The notes beneath the pieces were generated by a model, which had not been told where the DNA came from, made no database searches, and saw only the letters and a program-made list of their open reading frames with translations. Source: Squalus acanthias (lineage: Eukaryota). Taken from it: DNA of 60,000 bases. The stretch lies in NCBI GenBank assembly GCA_030390025.1, contig CM059437.1:20276001-20336000 (forward strand), in the 5' to 3' direction. Positions within the stretch are counted from its first letter, which is position 1. Each line of letters starts with the position of its first letter. This document shows, in pieces, positions 13,185-25,335 of the stretch. A program made the translations under genes and the position numbers.

Positions 13185-14624
13185 TATTATGTTATAAATC
13201 ACTATAACTGATTTAAATAAATACTTTAAGATGTTGCACAGGCCATACTGGACATTGATGCTTACAGGTAGAAAGAAATCCTCATCTGATTCAGCATTCT
13301 AAATTAATCAGCATGATAATTAATCTCTTCTTTAACTTGTTGACCTTGTGCTGGAAGGCCAACATTCAGAAGACCATTAGAGTTAGTGCTATTCTGTTAT
13401 ATTGTGAATACTAAGATATCCTGCAAGATAACCCTCCAAAATGCTTCTATTTTACACTGGTTTTGTGGTATGTCTGGAGCTGCATGTGGTCGTGTCACTG
13501 ACGACAAATGTGTTGACTTCTTGGTGAAAAATTACTCGACTTGCAGAGATCAGAGACAATTATATTGAGAAAAAGTGTATGAGAAAGAAAAGCTTAGTTC
13601 AAAGAAGCTATTTGCTTTCACCGCTGTTGTGCTTTGGGATAATTCACTTAGCATGCAAGTAAGAGAAAGAAAAGAGGCAACTTTTTAATTACATCTAACA
13701 ATTACAATGTAACAGCATGTTCCCAAATTAAAGACTTCAAGTTGTTGCCTCCATTAGTTTGCTTGTATTGTGTAACTTCACTTGATATCCACACAGTTTG
13801 AAGGACCATTTCATTACTTGAAGACATATTTAGGTTTGGCAGCAGTCCTGACTGCTTGGTTATGCATTTCTTTCCCTAATTATATTTTTATTCATGAAGC
13901 GCTCAGAACATTTAATAGATTGTGCTCCTATTGTTAGCAAATCAATTTAGACATTTTATAAGTTTGTTAGAAGTTCATTGCCAAATCTACATCAAATTGC
14001 CTCAGTTTGAGTGCAATTGTGGGTGTTATGATTGGCACAAATGATTGTGTGCAATGTCAGAAGAATTTGGAAGTTTTATTCGCTACAGAATAATAGGCAA
14101 ACTTTAAAGATTGATGTTACTTTTCCTTCCTCATAATAATCTGTGATTTTTGAACTCTTGCATCCGGGTTTTCCCATTGTATTGCCAGTGGTAATCAATT
14201 AAAATGAATGGGTTACTATCAGCTTTATGACCAGAGAACCTAGGCGTTAATGGGATCTGGTAACCATTTACAGAGCACCTCATTCCATAATCTCTAGCCC
14301 ATGTTTCCTATCCACAGCCTGTCAGCCCTTAGATATAATAGGAATCAGTATAAATTGGGATTGTTGTCCTCTACAAAATGTTGGAGTAATCCTGGGATAT
14401 CAGATGTGTCTTTCTAATTGTATACGTACTGCTCCCTTTACCTACCCTAGGAGAATCTGTTTCCTTGATCATTTGGCTAAATCATGGAGTTTTGTCTCAT
14501 GTGCAAACATTTCAAGACTAACTGTTAGATGATTGTGATGTGGAGATGCCGGCGTTGGACTGGGATGGACAAAAATGAGAAGTCGCACAACACCAGGTTA
14601 TAGTCCAACAGATTTATTTAAAAT

Positions 14625-14660
14625 TACAAGCTTTCGGAGCTGTCGCCCCTTCCTCAGGTA
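14625..14660 (-). ncRNA. Minimal type I hammerhead ribozyme (PLE family A)
   Basis: Reverse complement of 18170-18205. Confidence 0.75.
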
Positions 14661-14892
14661 GAGTAGCTGTGAGAGAATCTCCCAGAATTCACAATATAAA
14701 CACAGAAAAAATGTATTCAAATCTTTCCCTACATCAAAGACACACTAAGAGCACAGCCAAGACAATGAGATGTGTCCCAGGGGGTCCAACGTGTCAAAAT
14801 ACCTGCTGGCTGCATATCCTCTGCAGTTGAGTTTGGTTCTTGTGTTAGTTTTTTTTTTAAAAAAGGCTGGAAAGACCGGCCATGATGTCAAG

Positions 14893-17301
14893 TCACGTTC
14901 TGTATCGTGACATGAACCCGATATCGCGATTGAGGCCATCCTCATGAGTGCGGAACTTGGCTATCAGTTTCTGCTCTATGATTTTGCGCTGTCGTGTATC
15001 CCGAAGGCCGCCTTGGAGAACGCTTACCCGCAGATCCGAGGCTGAATGCCCCTGACTGCTGAAGTGTTCCCCGACTGGGAGGCAACCCTCCTGCCTGGCG
15101 ATTGTTGCGCGGTGTCCGTTCATACGTTGTCTCAGTGTCTGCATGGTCTCGCCGATGTACCATGCTCTGGGGCATCCTTTACTGCAACGTATCAGGTAGA
15201 CAACGTTGGCCGAGTCACATGAGTATGTACCATGTACCTGGTGGGTAGTGTCCTCACGTGTGATGATGGTATCTGTGTCCATGATCTGGCATGTCTTGCA
15301 GAGGTTGCCGTGGCAGGGTTGTGTGGTGTCGTGGTTGCTGTTCTCCTGAAAGATGGGTAATCTGCTGCGAACGATGGTACTTTTGAGGTTAGGCGGCTGC
15401 TTGAAGGCGAGTAGTGGAGGCGTGGGGATGGCCTTAGCAAGGTGTTCGTCGTCATCGATGACATGTTGAAGGCTGTGAAGAACATGGCGTAGTTTTTCCG
15501 CTCCGGGGAAGTACTGGACGACGTAGGGTACTCTGTTGGTTGTGTCCCGTGTTCGTCTTCTGAGGAGGTCTATGCGGTTTTTCGCTGTGGCCCGTCGGAA
15601 CTGTCGATCGACGAGTCGAGCGTCATATCCCGTTCTTACGAGGGCGTCTTTCAGTGTCCGTAGGTGTCCATCGCGTTCCTCCTCGTCTGAGCAGATCCTG
15701 TGTATTCGCAGGGCTTGTCCATAGGGGATGGCTTCTTTAACGTGGTTAGGGTGGAAGCTGGAGAAGTGGAGCATCGTGAGGTTGTCCGTGGGCTTGCGGT
15801 AGAGTGAAGTGCTGAGGTGTCCGTCTTTGATGGAGATTCGTGTGTCCAAGAATGAAACCGATTCTGAGGAGTAGTCCATGGTGAGTTTGATGGTGGGATG
15901 GAACCTGTTGATGCTATCGTGTAGTCCTTTCAGTGATCCTTCGCCGTGGGTCCAAAGGAAGAAGATGTCGTCGATGTATCTGGTGTACAGCGTTGGTTGG
16001 AGGTCCTGTGCAGCGAAGAAGTCTTGCTCGAACTTGTGCATGAAGATGTTGGCGTATTGGGGTGCGAATTTGGTCCCCATGGCTGTTCCATGTGTTTGGG
16101 TAAAAAAATGGTTGTCGAAGGTGAAGACATTGTGGTCAAGGATGAAGCGGATGAGTTGTAGGATGGCGTCCGGAGATTGGCTGTTGTTGGTGTTGAGTAC
16201 TGAGGCTGTCGCAGCGATGCCGTCATTGTGGGGGATATTGGTGTAGAGTGCCGATACGTCCATCGTGACGAGGAGTGTTCCTGGTTCAACTGGTCCATGG
16301 GTGCTGAGTTTCTGCAAGAAGTCTGTAGTGTCGCGACAGAAGCTGGGGGTTCCCTGTACGATGGGTTTCAGGATGCCCTCGACGTACCCAGAGAGGTTCT
16401 CACACAGGGTTCCGTTGCCTGATACGATAGGACGTCCGGGTGTGTTGGCTTTGTGTATCTTTGGGAGGCAGTAAAAGTCTCCTACGCGGGGAGTACGTGG
16501 GATGAGAGCGCGTAGGATGTTTTGAAGGTCTGGATCGAAGGTCTTGATCAGTCTATTGAGTTGGCGGGTGTGTTCTTTGGTCGGATCTGCGGGTAGCTGT
16601 CTGTAGTGTTCCTGGTTGTCCAGTTGTCGGTATGCTTCTTTGCAATAGTCCATTCTGTTCTGTATGACGATGGCTCCTCCTTTGTCCGCTGGTTTGATGA
16701 CGATGTTGCGGTTGGTCTTGAGAGCGTGGATGGCGTTGCGTTGTGCTCGGGTGACATTCTGGACTGTCTTGTGAGTACGGCTGATGAATCTGGCGTTGAT
16801 GCATTTCCTGACAGCTTGAGCATACATGTCAAGCTTAGGGTTGCGACCCTCCGGAGGGGTCCAATTTGACTCTTTCTTCCTCGGTTGCAGCACTGCGGTT
16901 CCCTCTGTCTGCTGTTCCGGATCATTGATTGTCTCATTAGGAATATTGCTGACATCTTGGGATTTGTGGTAGTATTCCCGGATCCTCATTCTCCTGATGA
17001 ATTCCTCTGTGTCCGCCACGAGACCGATGGGGTCCATTTTGGTGGTGGGGCAGAACTTGAGCCCTAGGGCGAGAACTTCGATTTCGTCTGGTTGAAGGGT
17101 GTGGTCCGACAGGTTGACGATGGACTTCCCTGTGGTTGCAACCGTGGTACCGGGGGAGGCTTGGTTGCAGCTGGTGGTTACGCCGAGTTTCTCAAGCTTC
17201 CTGTTCTTGATGCGCATGTAGGCAGCGTAGTTCCGTTGCCTCGTCTGTTTGGCGGTGTCTCGTAGCTGGTCTGCTGTGTCCTGAGCACAGGCTGAGAGCA
17301 T
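14893..17301 (-). CDS. PLE reverse transcriptase + Cys-rich linker + GIY-YIG endonuclease (802 aa, probably N-terminally truncated)
   Basis: IKPADKGG, FYCLPKIHK, GRPIVS, TMDVSALYTNIP, HGTAMG, RYIDDIF, FLD, LYRKPT; linker PCHGNLCKTC; endonuclease NVVYLIRC..C..WYIGET...RMNGHR. No stops. Confidence 0.95.
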   Translation of the reverse strand: MLSACAQDTADQLRDTAKQTRQRNYAAYMRIKNRKLEKLGVTTSCNQASPGTTVATTGKSIVNLSDHTLQPDEIEVLALGLKFCPTTKMDPIGLVADTEEFIRRMRIREYYHKSQDVSNIPNETINDPEQQTEGTAVLQPRKKESNWTPPEGRNPKLDMYAQAVRKCINARFISRTHKTVQNVTRAQRNAIHALKTNRNIVIKPADKGGAIVIQNRMDYCKEAYRQLDNQEHYRQLPADPTKEHTRQLNRLIKTFDPDLQNILRALIPRTPRVGDFYCLPKIHKANTPGRPIVSGNGTLCENLSGYVEGILKPIVQGTPSFCRDTTDFLQKLSTHGPVEPGTLLVTMDVSALYTNIPHNDGIAATASVLNTNNSQSPDAILQLIRFILDHNVFTFDNHFFTQTHGTAMGTKFAPQYANIFMHKFEQDFFAAQDLQPTLYTRYIDDIFFLWTHGEGSLKGLHDSINRFHPTIKLTMDYSSESVSFLDTRISIKDGHLSTSLYRKPTDNLTMLHFSSFHPNHVKEAIPYGQALRIHRICSDEEERDGHLRTLKDALVRTGYDARLVDRQFRRATAKNRIDLLRRRTRDTTNRVPYVVQYFPGAEKLRHVLHSLQHVIDDDEHLAKAIPTPPLLAFKQPPNLKSTIVRSRLPIFQENSNHDTTQPCHGNLCKTCQIMDTDTIITREDTTHQVHGTYSCDSANVVYLIRCSKGCPRAWYIGETMQTLRQRMNGHRATIARQEGCLPVGEHFSSQGHSASDLRVSVLQGGLRDTRQRKIIEQKLIAKFRTHEDGLNRDIGFMSRYRT

Positions 17302-17938
17302 GGACTACGTCGTCCAGTACTTCCCCGGAGCGGAAAAACTACGCCATGTTCTTCGCAGCCTTCAGCATGTCATCGATGACGATGAACACCTTGCTAAGGC
17401 CATCCCCACGCCTCCACTACTCGCCTTCAAGCAGCCGCCTAACCTCAAAAGTACCATCGTTCGCAGCAAATTACCCATCTTTCAGGAGAACAGCAACCAC
17501 GACACCACACAACCCTGCCACGGCAACCTCTGCAAGACATGCCAGATCATGGACACAAATACCATCATCACACATGAGGACACTACCCACCAGGTACATG
17601 GTACATACTCATGTGACTCGGCCAACGTTGTCTACCTGATACGTTGCAGTAAAGGATGCCCCAGAGCATGGTACATCGGCGAGACCATGCAGACACTGAG
17701 ACAACGTATGAACGGACACCGCGCAACAATCGCCAGGCAGGAGGGTTGCCTCCCAGTCGGGGAACACTTCAGCAGTCAGGGGCATTCAGCCTCGGATCTG
17801 CGGGTAAGCGTTCTCCAAGGCGGCCTTCGGGATACACGACAGCGCAAAATCATAGAGCAGAAACTGATAGCCAAGTTCCGCACTCATGAGGATGGCCTCA
17901 ATCGCGATATCGGGTTCATGTCACGATACAGAACGTGA
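17300..17938 (+). CDS. Inverted duplicate of the PLE C-terminus (linker + GIY-YIG, 212 aa)
   Basis: Matches the end of the 802-aa ORF except for four residues (H/R, R/K, D/N, R/H). The ATG lies at the inversion junction. Expression unknown. Confidence 0.6.
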   Translation: MDYVVQYFPGAEKLRHVLRSLQHVIDDDEHLAKAIPTPPLLAFKQPPNLKSTIVRSKLPIFQENSNHDTTQPCHGNLCKTCQIMDTNTIITHEDTTHQVHGTYSCDSANVVYLIRCSKGCPRAWYIGETMQTLRQRMNGHRATIARQEGCLPVGEHFSSQGHSASDLRVSVLQGGLRDTRQRKIIEQKLIAKFRTHEDGLNRDIGFMSRYRT

Positions 17939-18169
17939 CTTGACATCATGGCCGGTCTTTCCAGCCTTTTAAAAAAAAAACTAACACAAGAACCAAACTC
18001 AACTGCAGAGGATATGCAGCCAGCAGGTATTTTGACACGTTGGACCCCCTGGGGACACATCTCATTGTCTTGGCTGTGCTCTTAGTGTGTCTTTGATGTA
18101 GGGAAAGATTTGAATACATTTTTTCTGTGTTTATATTGTGAATTCTGGGAGATTCTCTCACAGCTACTC

Positions 18170-18205
18170 TACCTGAGGAAGGGGCGACAGCTCCGAAAGC
18201 TTGTA
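18170..18205 (+). ncRNA. Minimal type I hammerhead ribozyme (PLE family A)
   Basis: tac-CTGAGGA-a-ggggc(gaca)gctcc-GAAAGCTT-gta: CUGANGA and GAAA core, 5-bp stem II, palindromic AGCT stem III with no loop, short stem I tac/gta. Confidence 0.75.
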
Positions 18206-18590
18206 ATTTTAAATAAATCTGTTGGACTATAACCTGGTGTTGTGCGACTTCTCATTTTTGTTAGATGATTAACAGAGAAGCCAACTTTCTGATGAGAGTT
18301 TCACATTTACTCATTGTCCTGATGATTTGCACAACAACATTGTAATTGGTTTTTGGAGCCACTCCTCAATTGTCTTCATTACGTGGACTAGAAATGACCC
18401 CATATTTATTGTAATGAGAGAGTTCAGGGAAGGACCAAAATTATAATGACCCTGCTCTGTCGGCAGAAGTTCAGCAGAGTGTGTGCCCACAACGAAGGAC
18501 ACCAACTCCATGCCGAATCGCAAGCCGGGGTCATGTACATGACCAGCGTGGGCTACCTGTGCTTGTAAGGGAACATCAATGGTGCTCACC

Positions 18591-19098
18591 CTTTTTTTAT
18601 TCATTCACGGGACATGGGCATCACTGGCAAGGCCAGCATTTATTGCCCATCCCTAATTGCCCTTGAGAAGGTGGTGGTGAGCCACCCTCTTGAACCACTG
18701 CAGTCCGTGTGGTGAAGGTACTCTCACAGTGCTGTTGGGTAGAGAGTTCCAGGATTTTGACCCAGCGACGATGAAGGATCGGCAATATATTTCCCAGTCA
18801 ACATGGTATGTGACTTGGAGGGGAAATTGGAGGTGGTGGTGTTCCCATGCGCCTGCTGCCCTTGTCCTTCAAGGTGGTAGAGGTTGTGGGTTTGGGAGGT
18901 GCTGCCGAAGAAGCCTTGGCGAGTTGCTGCAGTGCATCTTGTAGATGGTGCACACTGCAGCCACGGTGCGCCGGTGGTGGAGGGAGTGAATGTTTAAGGT
19001 GGTGGATGGGGTGCCAATCAAGCGGGCTGCTTTGTCCTGGATGGTGCCGAGCTGCACTTATCCAGGCAAGTGGAGAGTATTCCATCACACTCCTAATC
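18591..19098 (-). mobile_element. Non-LTR retrotransposon 3' fragment (clade uncertain, RTEX-like)
   Basis: IRSVMEYSPLAW...IQDKAARLIG...SLHHRRTVAAVCTIYKMH. The 3' end (gtgaatgaataaaaaaa) is shared with the SINE at 27331-27800. Confidence 0.8.
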
Positions 19099-20029
19099 CA
19101 CAATTGGGTCTCCGAGGCTCTCCGAAGGGAAAAACAGGTATGTGTTCCGTCAGCTCAGAAAGGAGCCATGCTTCTTTAGAAAGGTAAACAAACCCTTCCT
19201 GGATCGATTACTGTAATCTAGGTAAGATCTGGGGGCTTTCTAAGGGCCTTAACGGTACTCATGCCAACAGGAGTAGGCCATCCTGCTCCTGATTCTTATA
19301 TTCTTATGTTCTGTCAGCGGGTGAGCGTTCCATTGAGACCTTTCTATAAGGGCATACTGGGTGGAATTCCTGATGCAGCTCATGAATTCCCCTGGACACT
19401 CCCGCCTGATATGGAAGGGTCAGTCGGAAAACTGCTTCCCTCTCCCCCAGGAATTTACCCGACTAGATTAATGGGGCAGAATCCTGGCAGAAGTGGAGCC
19501 ATCTCCAAATTCCATCCCCCTTGCAGGTGATCCCCTGGAATTTCACAGCCAGGGAGTTTGAACTGGGAAATGCGGGCCTGAAATGCCTGCCCAGTAATTT
19601 CGCAAAAAGGTCACTGAGACTTTACCCGGAAATATTGCTCCATGCTCATAGAATCCTAGAATTTACAGCACAGTGGCTGTGCAGTTGCTAGCTCGTCAAC
19701 TCTTCCCCCAGTTAAACTGTACCTTCTTTTTTCCAGCTGTTTGGTTGCATGAAGAATAAAAATAACCTGTAGAAATCCATCATTATCACTCCAACTGGAG
19801 AATCTTCACCTTTGGAGGACGGGTGTCAAAATGCCTGTGGCTTCAGCTCATTCGGATGCAGGTGAGTTGTACAAAACCTGTTGTGCCAGCAGGGTTATCT
19901 TAGAAAAGTCTCGGTGCATTAGCTTTGTGCTTGGATACAGTAAACTGCCATTCTGGGTCTTGTGTTAGGAAAGTAAATGTAATAGATTGTTCTAACTCTT
20001 GTTGATTTTTCTCCCTAGCTTTTTATTTT

Positions 20030-20110
20030 GCTTGATAACGGTCCTGTGAAGCACCTTGGGGCATTTTACTACCTTAAAGGTGCTATATAAATGCAAGTTG
20101 TTGTTGTTGG
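20030..20110 (+). mobile_element. L2-type 3' tail
   Basis: cctgtgaagcaccttgggg...ttaaaggtgctatataaatgcaag(ttg)n, as at 22180-22250. Confidence 0.75.
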
Positions 20111-20281
20111 TTGGTGTAGCCGTGAACCAGGGTTCATAAATTAGATATGCATGCTGTTATCTTCACAAACAGTTAACCTTGCTAGCTGCTTGTTTTTTGA
20201 ATTGGCCTGATATTCCTGGGAGGGGAATGGGGCTGTTAACCCAATTTAAACTATTTTGTTGTTAATGCCCCACATAAGGTG

Positions 20282-20855
20282 CATAGGAACAGGATTAGGC
20301 CATTTAGCCCCTCGAGCCTGTTCCGCCATTCAATGAGATCATGGCTGATCCATGACCTAACTTCATATGGGCCTTTGCCCCATATCCCTTAATACCTTTG
20401 GTTAACAAAAATCTATCAATCTCAGATTTAAAATTAAGAATTGATCTCGCATCAATTGCCATTTGCGGAAGAGAGTTCCAAACGTCTACCATCCTTTGTG
20501 TGTAGAAGTGTTTCCTAATTTCACTCCTGAGAGGCCTGGCTCTAATTTTTGGACTATGCCCCCTAGTCCTAGACTCCCCAACCAGCGGAAATAGTTTCTC
20601 TCTATCTACCCTCAGAGTTCCCCTTAATATCTTGAAAACTTAGATAAAAATCACTCCCTAACCTTCTAAATTCCAGGGAATACAACCTAGTTTGTGTAAT
20701 CGCTCCTCAGAGTCTAGGTATCATTCTGGTAAATCTACGCTGGACTCCCTCCAAGGCCAATATATCCTTCCTACGGTGTGGTGCCCAGAACTGCTCACAG
20801 TACTCCAGGTGTGGTCTAACCAGGGCTTTGTGTAGCAGTAGCATAACTTCTACCT
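20282..20855 (-). mobile_element. CR1 LINE 3' fragment
   Basis: VDVWNSLPQ...FKSEIDRFL..KGIKGYG, plus an [15 protein letters not shown] sequence on the minus strand. Confidence 0.88.
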
Positions 20856-20897
20856 TTCCAAGTCCTTTTCAAGTTAAACACAAGAAATACTCTGCTT

Positions 20898-22250
20898 CCA
20901 TGTTTGAATCCTTCCAATCAGGTTTCCGCCCTTGCCACAGTACCGAAACAGCTTTCATCAAAGTCACAAAATACATCCTTTGTGACTGTGACAAAGGTAA
21001 ACTATCCTTCCTCATCCTTCTTGACTTGCCTGCAGCCTTTGACACGGCTGACTACTCCATCCTTCTCCAACGGCTCTCCACCATCGTTCAGCTGGGTGGG
21101 ACTGCACTCGCCTGGTTCCATTCTTATCTATCTAATCGTAGCCAGAGAACCGCCTGCGACGGCTTCTCTTCCTGCTCCCACATCGTTACCTCTGGTGTCC
21201 CCCAAGGATCTATCCTTGGACCCCTCCTATTTCTCATCTACATGTTGCCCCTTGGCGACATCATCTGAAAACACAGCGTCAGTTTCCACATGTACATACA
21301 CCCAGCTCTACCTCACTACCACTTCTCTCGACCCCTCCACGGTCTCTAAATTGTCAGACTGCTTGTCCGACATCCAGTTCTGGATGAGCAGAAATTTTCT
21401 CCAATTAATTATTGGGAAGACCGAAGCCATTGTTTTCGGTCCCCGCCACAAACTCCATTCCCTAGCCATCGACTCCATCCCTCTCCCTAACATCTGTCTG
21501 AGGCTGAACCACACTGTTCGCAACCTTGGTGTCATATTTGACCCTGAAATGAACTTCCCACCACATATCCACAGCATAACTAAGACCGCCTATTTCCACC
21601 TCCGTAACATCGCCCGTCTCCGCCCCTGCCTCAGCTCGTCCGCTGCTGAAACCCTCATCCATGCCTTTGTTACCTCTAGACTTCACTATTCCAACGCACT
21701 CCTGGCTGGCCTCCCACATTCTAACCTACATAAACTTGAGGTCATCCAAGACTCGGCTGCTCGTGTCCTAACTTGCACCAAGTCCCATTCGCCCACCATC
21801 CCTGTGCTGTCACTACATTGGCTCCCGGTTAAGCAATGCTTCGATTTCAAAATTCTCATCCTTGTTTTCAAATCCCTTTGTGGCCTCACCCCTCCCTATC
21901 TCTGTAATCTCCTTCAGTCCCACAACCCTGAGATACCTGCGCTCCTCTAATTCTGCCCTCTTGAGCATCCCTGATTATAATCGCTCAACCATTGGTGGCC
22001 GTGCCTTCTATTGCCCAGGCCCTAAGCTCTGGAATTTCCCCCCTAAACCTCTCCGCCTCGCTACCTCTCTTTCCTCCTTTAAGGTGCTCCTTAAAACCTA
22101 CCTCTTTGACCAAGCTTTTAGTCGCCTGTCCTAATTTCTCCTTATGTGGATCAGTGTCAAATCTTTTGTCTTATAATACTCCTGTGAAGCACCTTGGGAT
22201 GTTTTACTACGTTAAAGGTGCTATATAAATATAGCTGTTGTTGCTGTTGT
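20898..22250 (+). mobile_element. L2 LINE, 5'-truncated, decayed RT
   Basis: QSGFRPCHSTETA, LLDLPAAFDT, GVPQGSILGPLLFLIY, LIHAFVTSRLHYSN, LHWLPV. 3' end aaaggtgctatataaat followed by (gtt)n-like repeats. Confidence 0.93.
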
Positions 22251-23594
22251 GTTGATAATTGGATATCTGTTCTGAATTTTTAACTACGAGGACCAATCCA
22301 ACATAAGTTAGAGAATTTAACTTGAAACTCTTCCCACGTCTGTATTGCTTTTTCAGAAAGCTGCATTATTACTCTTGAAATGATTAAACCTCTCATCCAC
22401 TCATTCTAGTAAATTAAAGCAAACCTGAAGCCTGTTTTATTTATAGCTGTAATGTCTGTTTTGCAGACTTCAATGTTGATGGTATTGAGTGTTGGATGAG
22501 AATTGATACGTTCATTTGTGAAAAGAAGCCAGGCTCAGAACCTTGTTTCTGACATGATTCCAGTCTTGTGTTAAACTGTCAAAATGTTGTTTGCCTCTGC
22601 CTATTACTATCGATTTTGTTTCTTCTCCAGTTACTGTTTGCAGATGTGTATGCAGTTCTGACATTTTGCACCAATATGTATATGGTTAGGAATGTGGGAC
22701 TTTCAGGTACTCACAAAGCTTGTTGATTTGCTAACATGTAATTCCCTGTAGTTATTTGTAGAAAGGTTTCCGTGCTCCAAACATAACTACCTTTTTAATA
22801 TTTGAAAGGATTCATTGAGTGCAAAACAATTTAGAGCTGACGAGCCTGAACTTGCACAGTAGCCTGAGCTGTATTTTGGAGTGCAGTTATACTGCGGCTG
22901 TTGCATTGCTTTCTGCATCACAGCAACACAGTCAACAAGAGTTTTTAAATAAAGTGTTTGAGGTCTGTTGGAGCAGAGCTTCTTGAAACGTAAGGTGCTG
23001 CTGGCTGTGGATCAGTGACTACCGTATAACTTTGCTGTGTCGGATCCATTACGGAGATGGATATGCCAAAGTAGCACAAACTCTGATCTAGCTTCTCCAT
23101 GCATCAGGACAAAGCACAGGCTTATTGTGATTTTAAGGAGGAGGGCAAAAATGTCTCTTCAAATGAATGTCAATTTTTAAATCTAAAACTTTTACAAGGG
23201 TGGGATTTATTGTTTGAAATTTTAGTGACTGGGAATGGTTTTATTTAACAAGTGGTGACTGTTGTCTTATATTGGAGTTGAGACCTGTATATACTATTTG
23301 ATTGTTCTGTTTGTTATTTCTGTGTACCTATGTTTGTCCTGTTTCCTCTTTTCCTCTCCTGAAGACACCAGTGGGACTCCAGTGTCTCACCTAGGTGAAC
23401 CACTTTTCATGTGTATGCCTGGACAGTGGGTACCAGCTGACTATTCCTCCATAGTTGGAAGGGAAGGAAGGTTTTGCTTAATCCTGCCCTCATGCAATGT
23501 CTGCACATGCACTTTCCAGCCGGCCTCTCTGGTTAGAGATCACAAACTGTGTTTTACCTCTGTGTCCCCGCATACGCTCCAATTCTCAGGAGAC

Positions 23595-23710
23595 ACAAGA
23601 GGTCCATTATAGTGTTGAGATCAGCTAACATAGTACAGACTAGGGATTGAACCTGGGGGCTTCTGGTCTGTCTAGCTCAGTGCCATGCATTGACTCTCAG
23701 CCACTAGCGG
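23595..23710 (-). mobile_element. Ancient tRNA-SINE head fragment
   Basis: Minus strand ccaggttcaatccctagtctgtactatgttagctgatctca has a B-box-like motif. Related sequence lies near 12850-12925. Confidence 0.45.
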
Positions 23711-23839
23711 GTATGGCTGTCTTTTGAAATGTCCCGTGTACCTGTGGGTCTGGACAGGGGCCAGTGCATATAGAAGCTGGGCCATTGTTTATGCCAATGA
23801 ATCTTCAGATTGGATCAGATACATCAATGTTTCTCAGTA

Positions 23840-24006
23840 CCATTTCAATCTCAAAACTGAGATTGATAGCTTTTTGTTAGCCAAGGGTATTAAGGATCAC
23901 GGCGCCAAGGCAGTTAGATGGAGTTAAGATAAAGATCAGCCATGATCTAACTGAATGGCAGAACAGGCTTGAGGGGCTGAATGGCCTACTCTTGTTCCTA
24001 TGTTCC
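23840..24006 (+). mobile_element. CR1 3' tail fragment
   Basis: Reverse-complement homologue of 20282-20450. Confidence 0.8.
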
Positions 24007-25335
24007 ATTTATGTTATATATGAAGGTTAAATATGCTGTAAGTGAACCTCTAGTAAAGGCCTGTCCCTTTTCCGGCTCTTGTTGCATACGTATCTGCTTA
24101 TAAGCAAAATTTTATACTGGCCGATGCATGTACCAGCTTCCTTCTCCACTCCAGTATTGGAGGCTTTGTGGTGAACTTGAATGGTTAATTGGTTCTACGT
24201 TTCTATTCCTTGAAAAGGAAACATTTCTCTGAGGATTCTTGGCCTGAAAGGATGAAAAACATTGAACTGTTCCCAGTTTTCACCTGTACTGTTGAATTAG
24301 GTGCAACATGTTCATTAGTGGGGAACATGGCTTCAAGGTTAAAGGGCTGGCACATTAGTTGAAACCAAATTGATTTTCTCATCCTCACAAAGTGCTTTTT
24401 CAAGGATGGACAATCTGGAACTGTTAAGCTCCCATGATGCACACAGAATTGGAGCTATTCCGCTCTGCTGGGCTGCAGGTGTGAAGAAAAAGTCAAGTGT
24501 GGTATTGATCATCTAATGCTGCTACTTCATAAATTTGTTCTATATCTTTACTACAGGGAAGAACACTACAGTTTAACATTCAATTTAGTGAATTACTTGG
24601 AGTGGATGTTTAAGGCAAACAGTGATCTGTACGCTGAGGCCATGTACACTTGAGTGATTCAATTTTTAAAAAGAGCCAAATTGCGCATTATTTGCTGGCG
24701 TTGGTTTTATTCTTTATTCCCCAAAATACACATTTGAAGCCGTTGCATTATTTTCAGAATCCAGGTTTCTTTTGTAATTTAAATGTTTTTTATTTTTAAT
24801 AAAGTTTTGAGTTGACGGCTTCATTCAGGTTTGGCTGAACAGTCGGGCCCTGAACTGAGCCTGACTCTTGAACCTGTATCTCGGATTGCTCCCTGCTGTC
24901 TCTTTGGTTCATCATTAGGCAGTATTGGTGGTAAATCCATGCACTGTACAGAGCTGAATGTGTTTGGGCTCCTTTTTGGATCTTGGTCTGGAATTATCCA
25001 AACTACTTTGGAATAAAGGCCCTGGGCCATGAGGATCAATCATTCTCTCAGTTTACATTTGTCTGTATATGAAATCCAAGAGATCTATGTAAAATTAATG
25101 TAATGGCTTAACCCGCCAAGACATTAATAAAACCGTGACAGATATTTAAATGTAGAAAGCAGTGGAAATAAATCTGGTATTTCGTACTTACTGAATTATG
25201 GTGAATTGTAAATTTGGAACTTACTGAAATGAACAACTCCTGGGATTGTGTGGAATGAATTAATTAAACCTACCTTATTTCCTTGAATAGAAGAAATACT
25301 TTAAAGGGACACTGTCTTCATGACATGATTTTTTT

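Larger units (their letters stand above)
14535..18258 (-). mobile_element. Penelope-like retroelement (Neptune-like), 5'-truncated, with an inverted duplicate of its 3' end
   Basis: RT-GIY-YIG ORF on the minus strand. Inverted arms 14569-15526 and 17305-18261. 34-nt unpaired tail at 14535-14568. TSD tgttagatgatt at 14523-14534 and 18259-18270. Confidence 0.96.

Noticed and set aside
15536..17067. Several plus-strand and alternate-frame ORFs inside the PLE
   Set aside because: Shadows of the GC-rich RT frame with no independent motifs.
20904..21950. 348-aa ORF as an intact gene
   Set aside because: The first part is out of frame with the L2 RT and joins it only after a frameshift. It is a decayed LINE.
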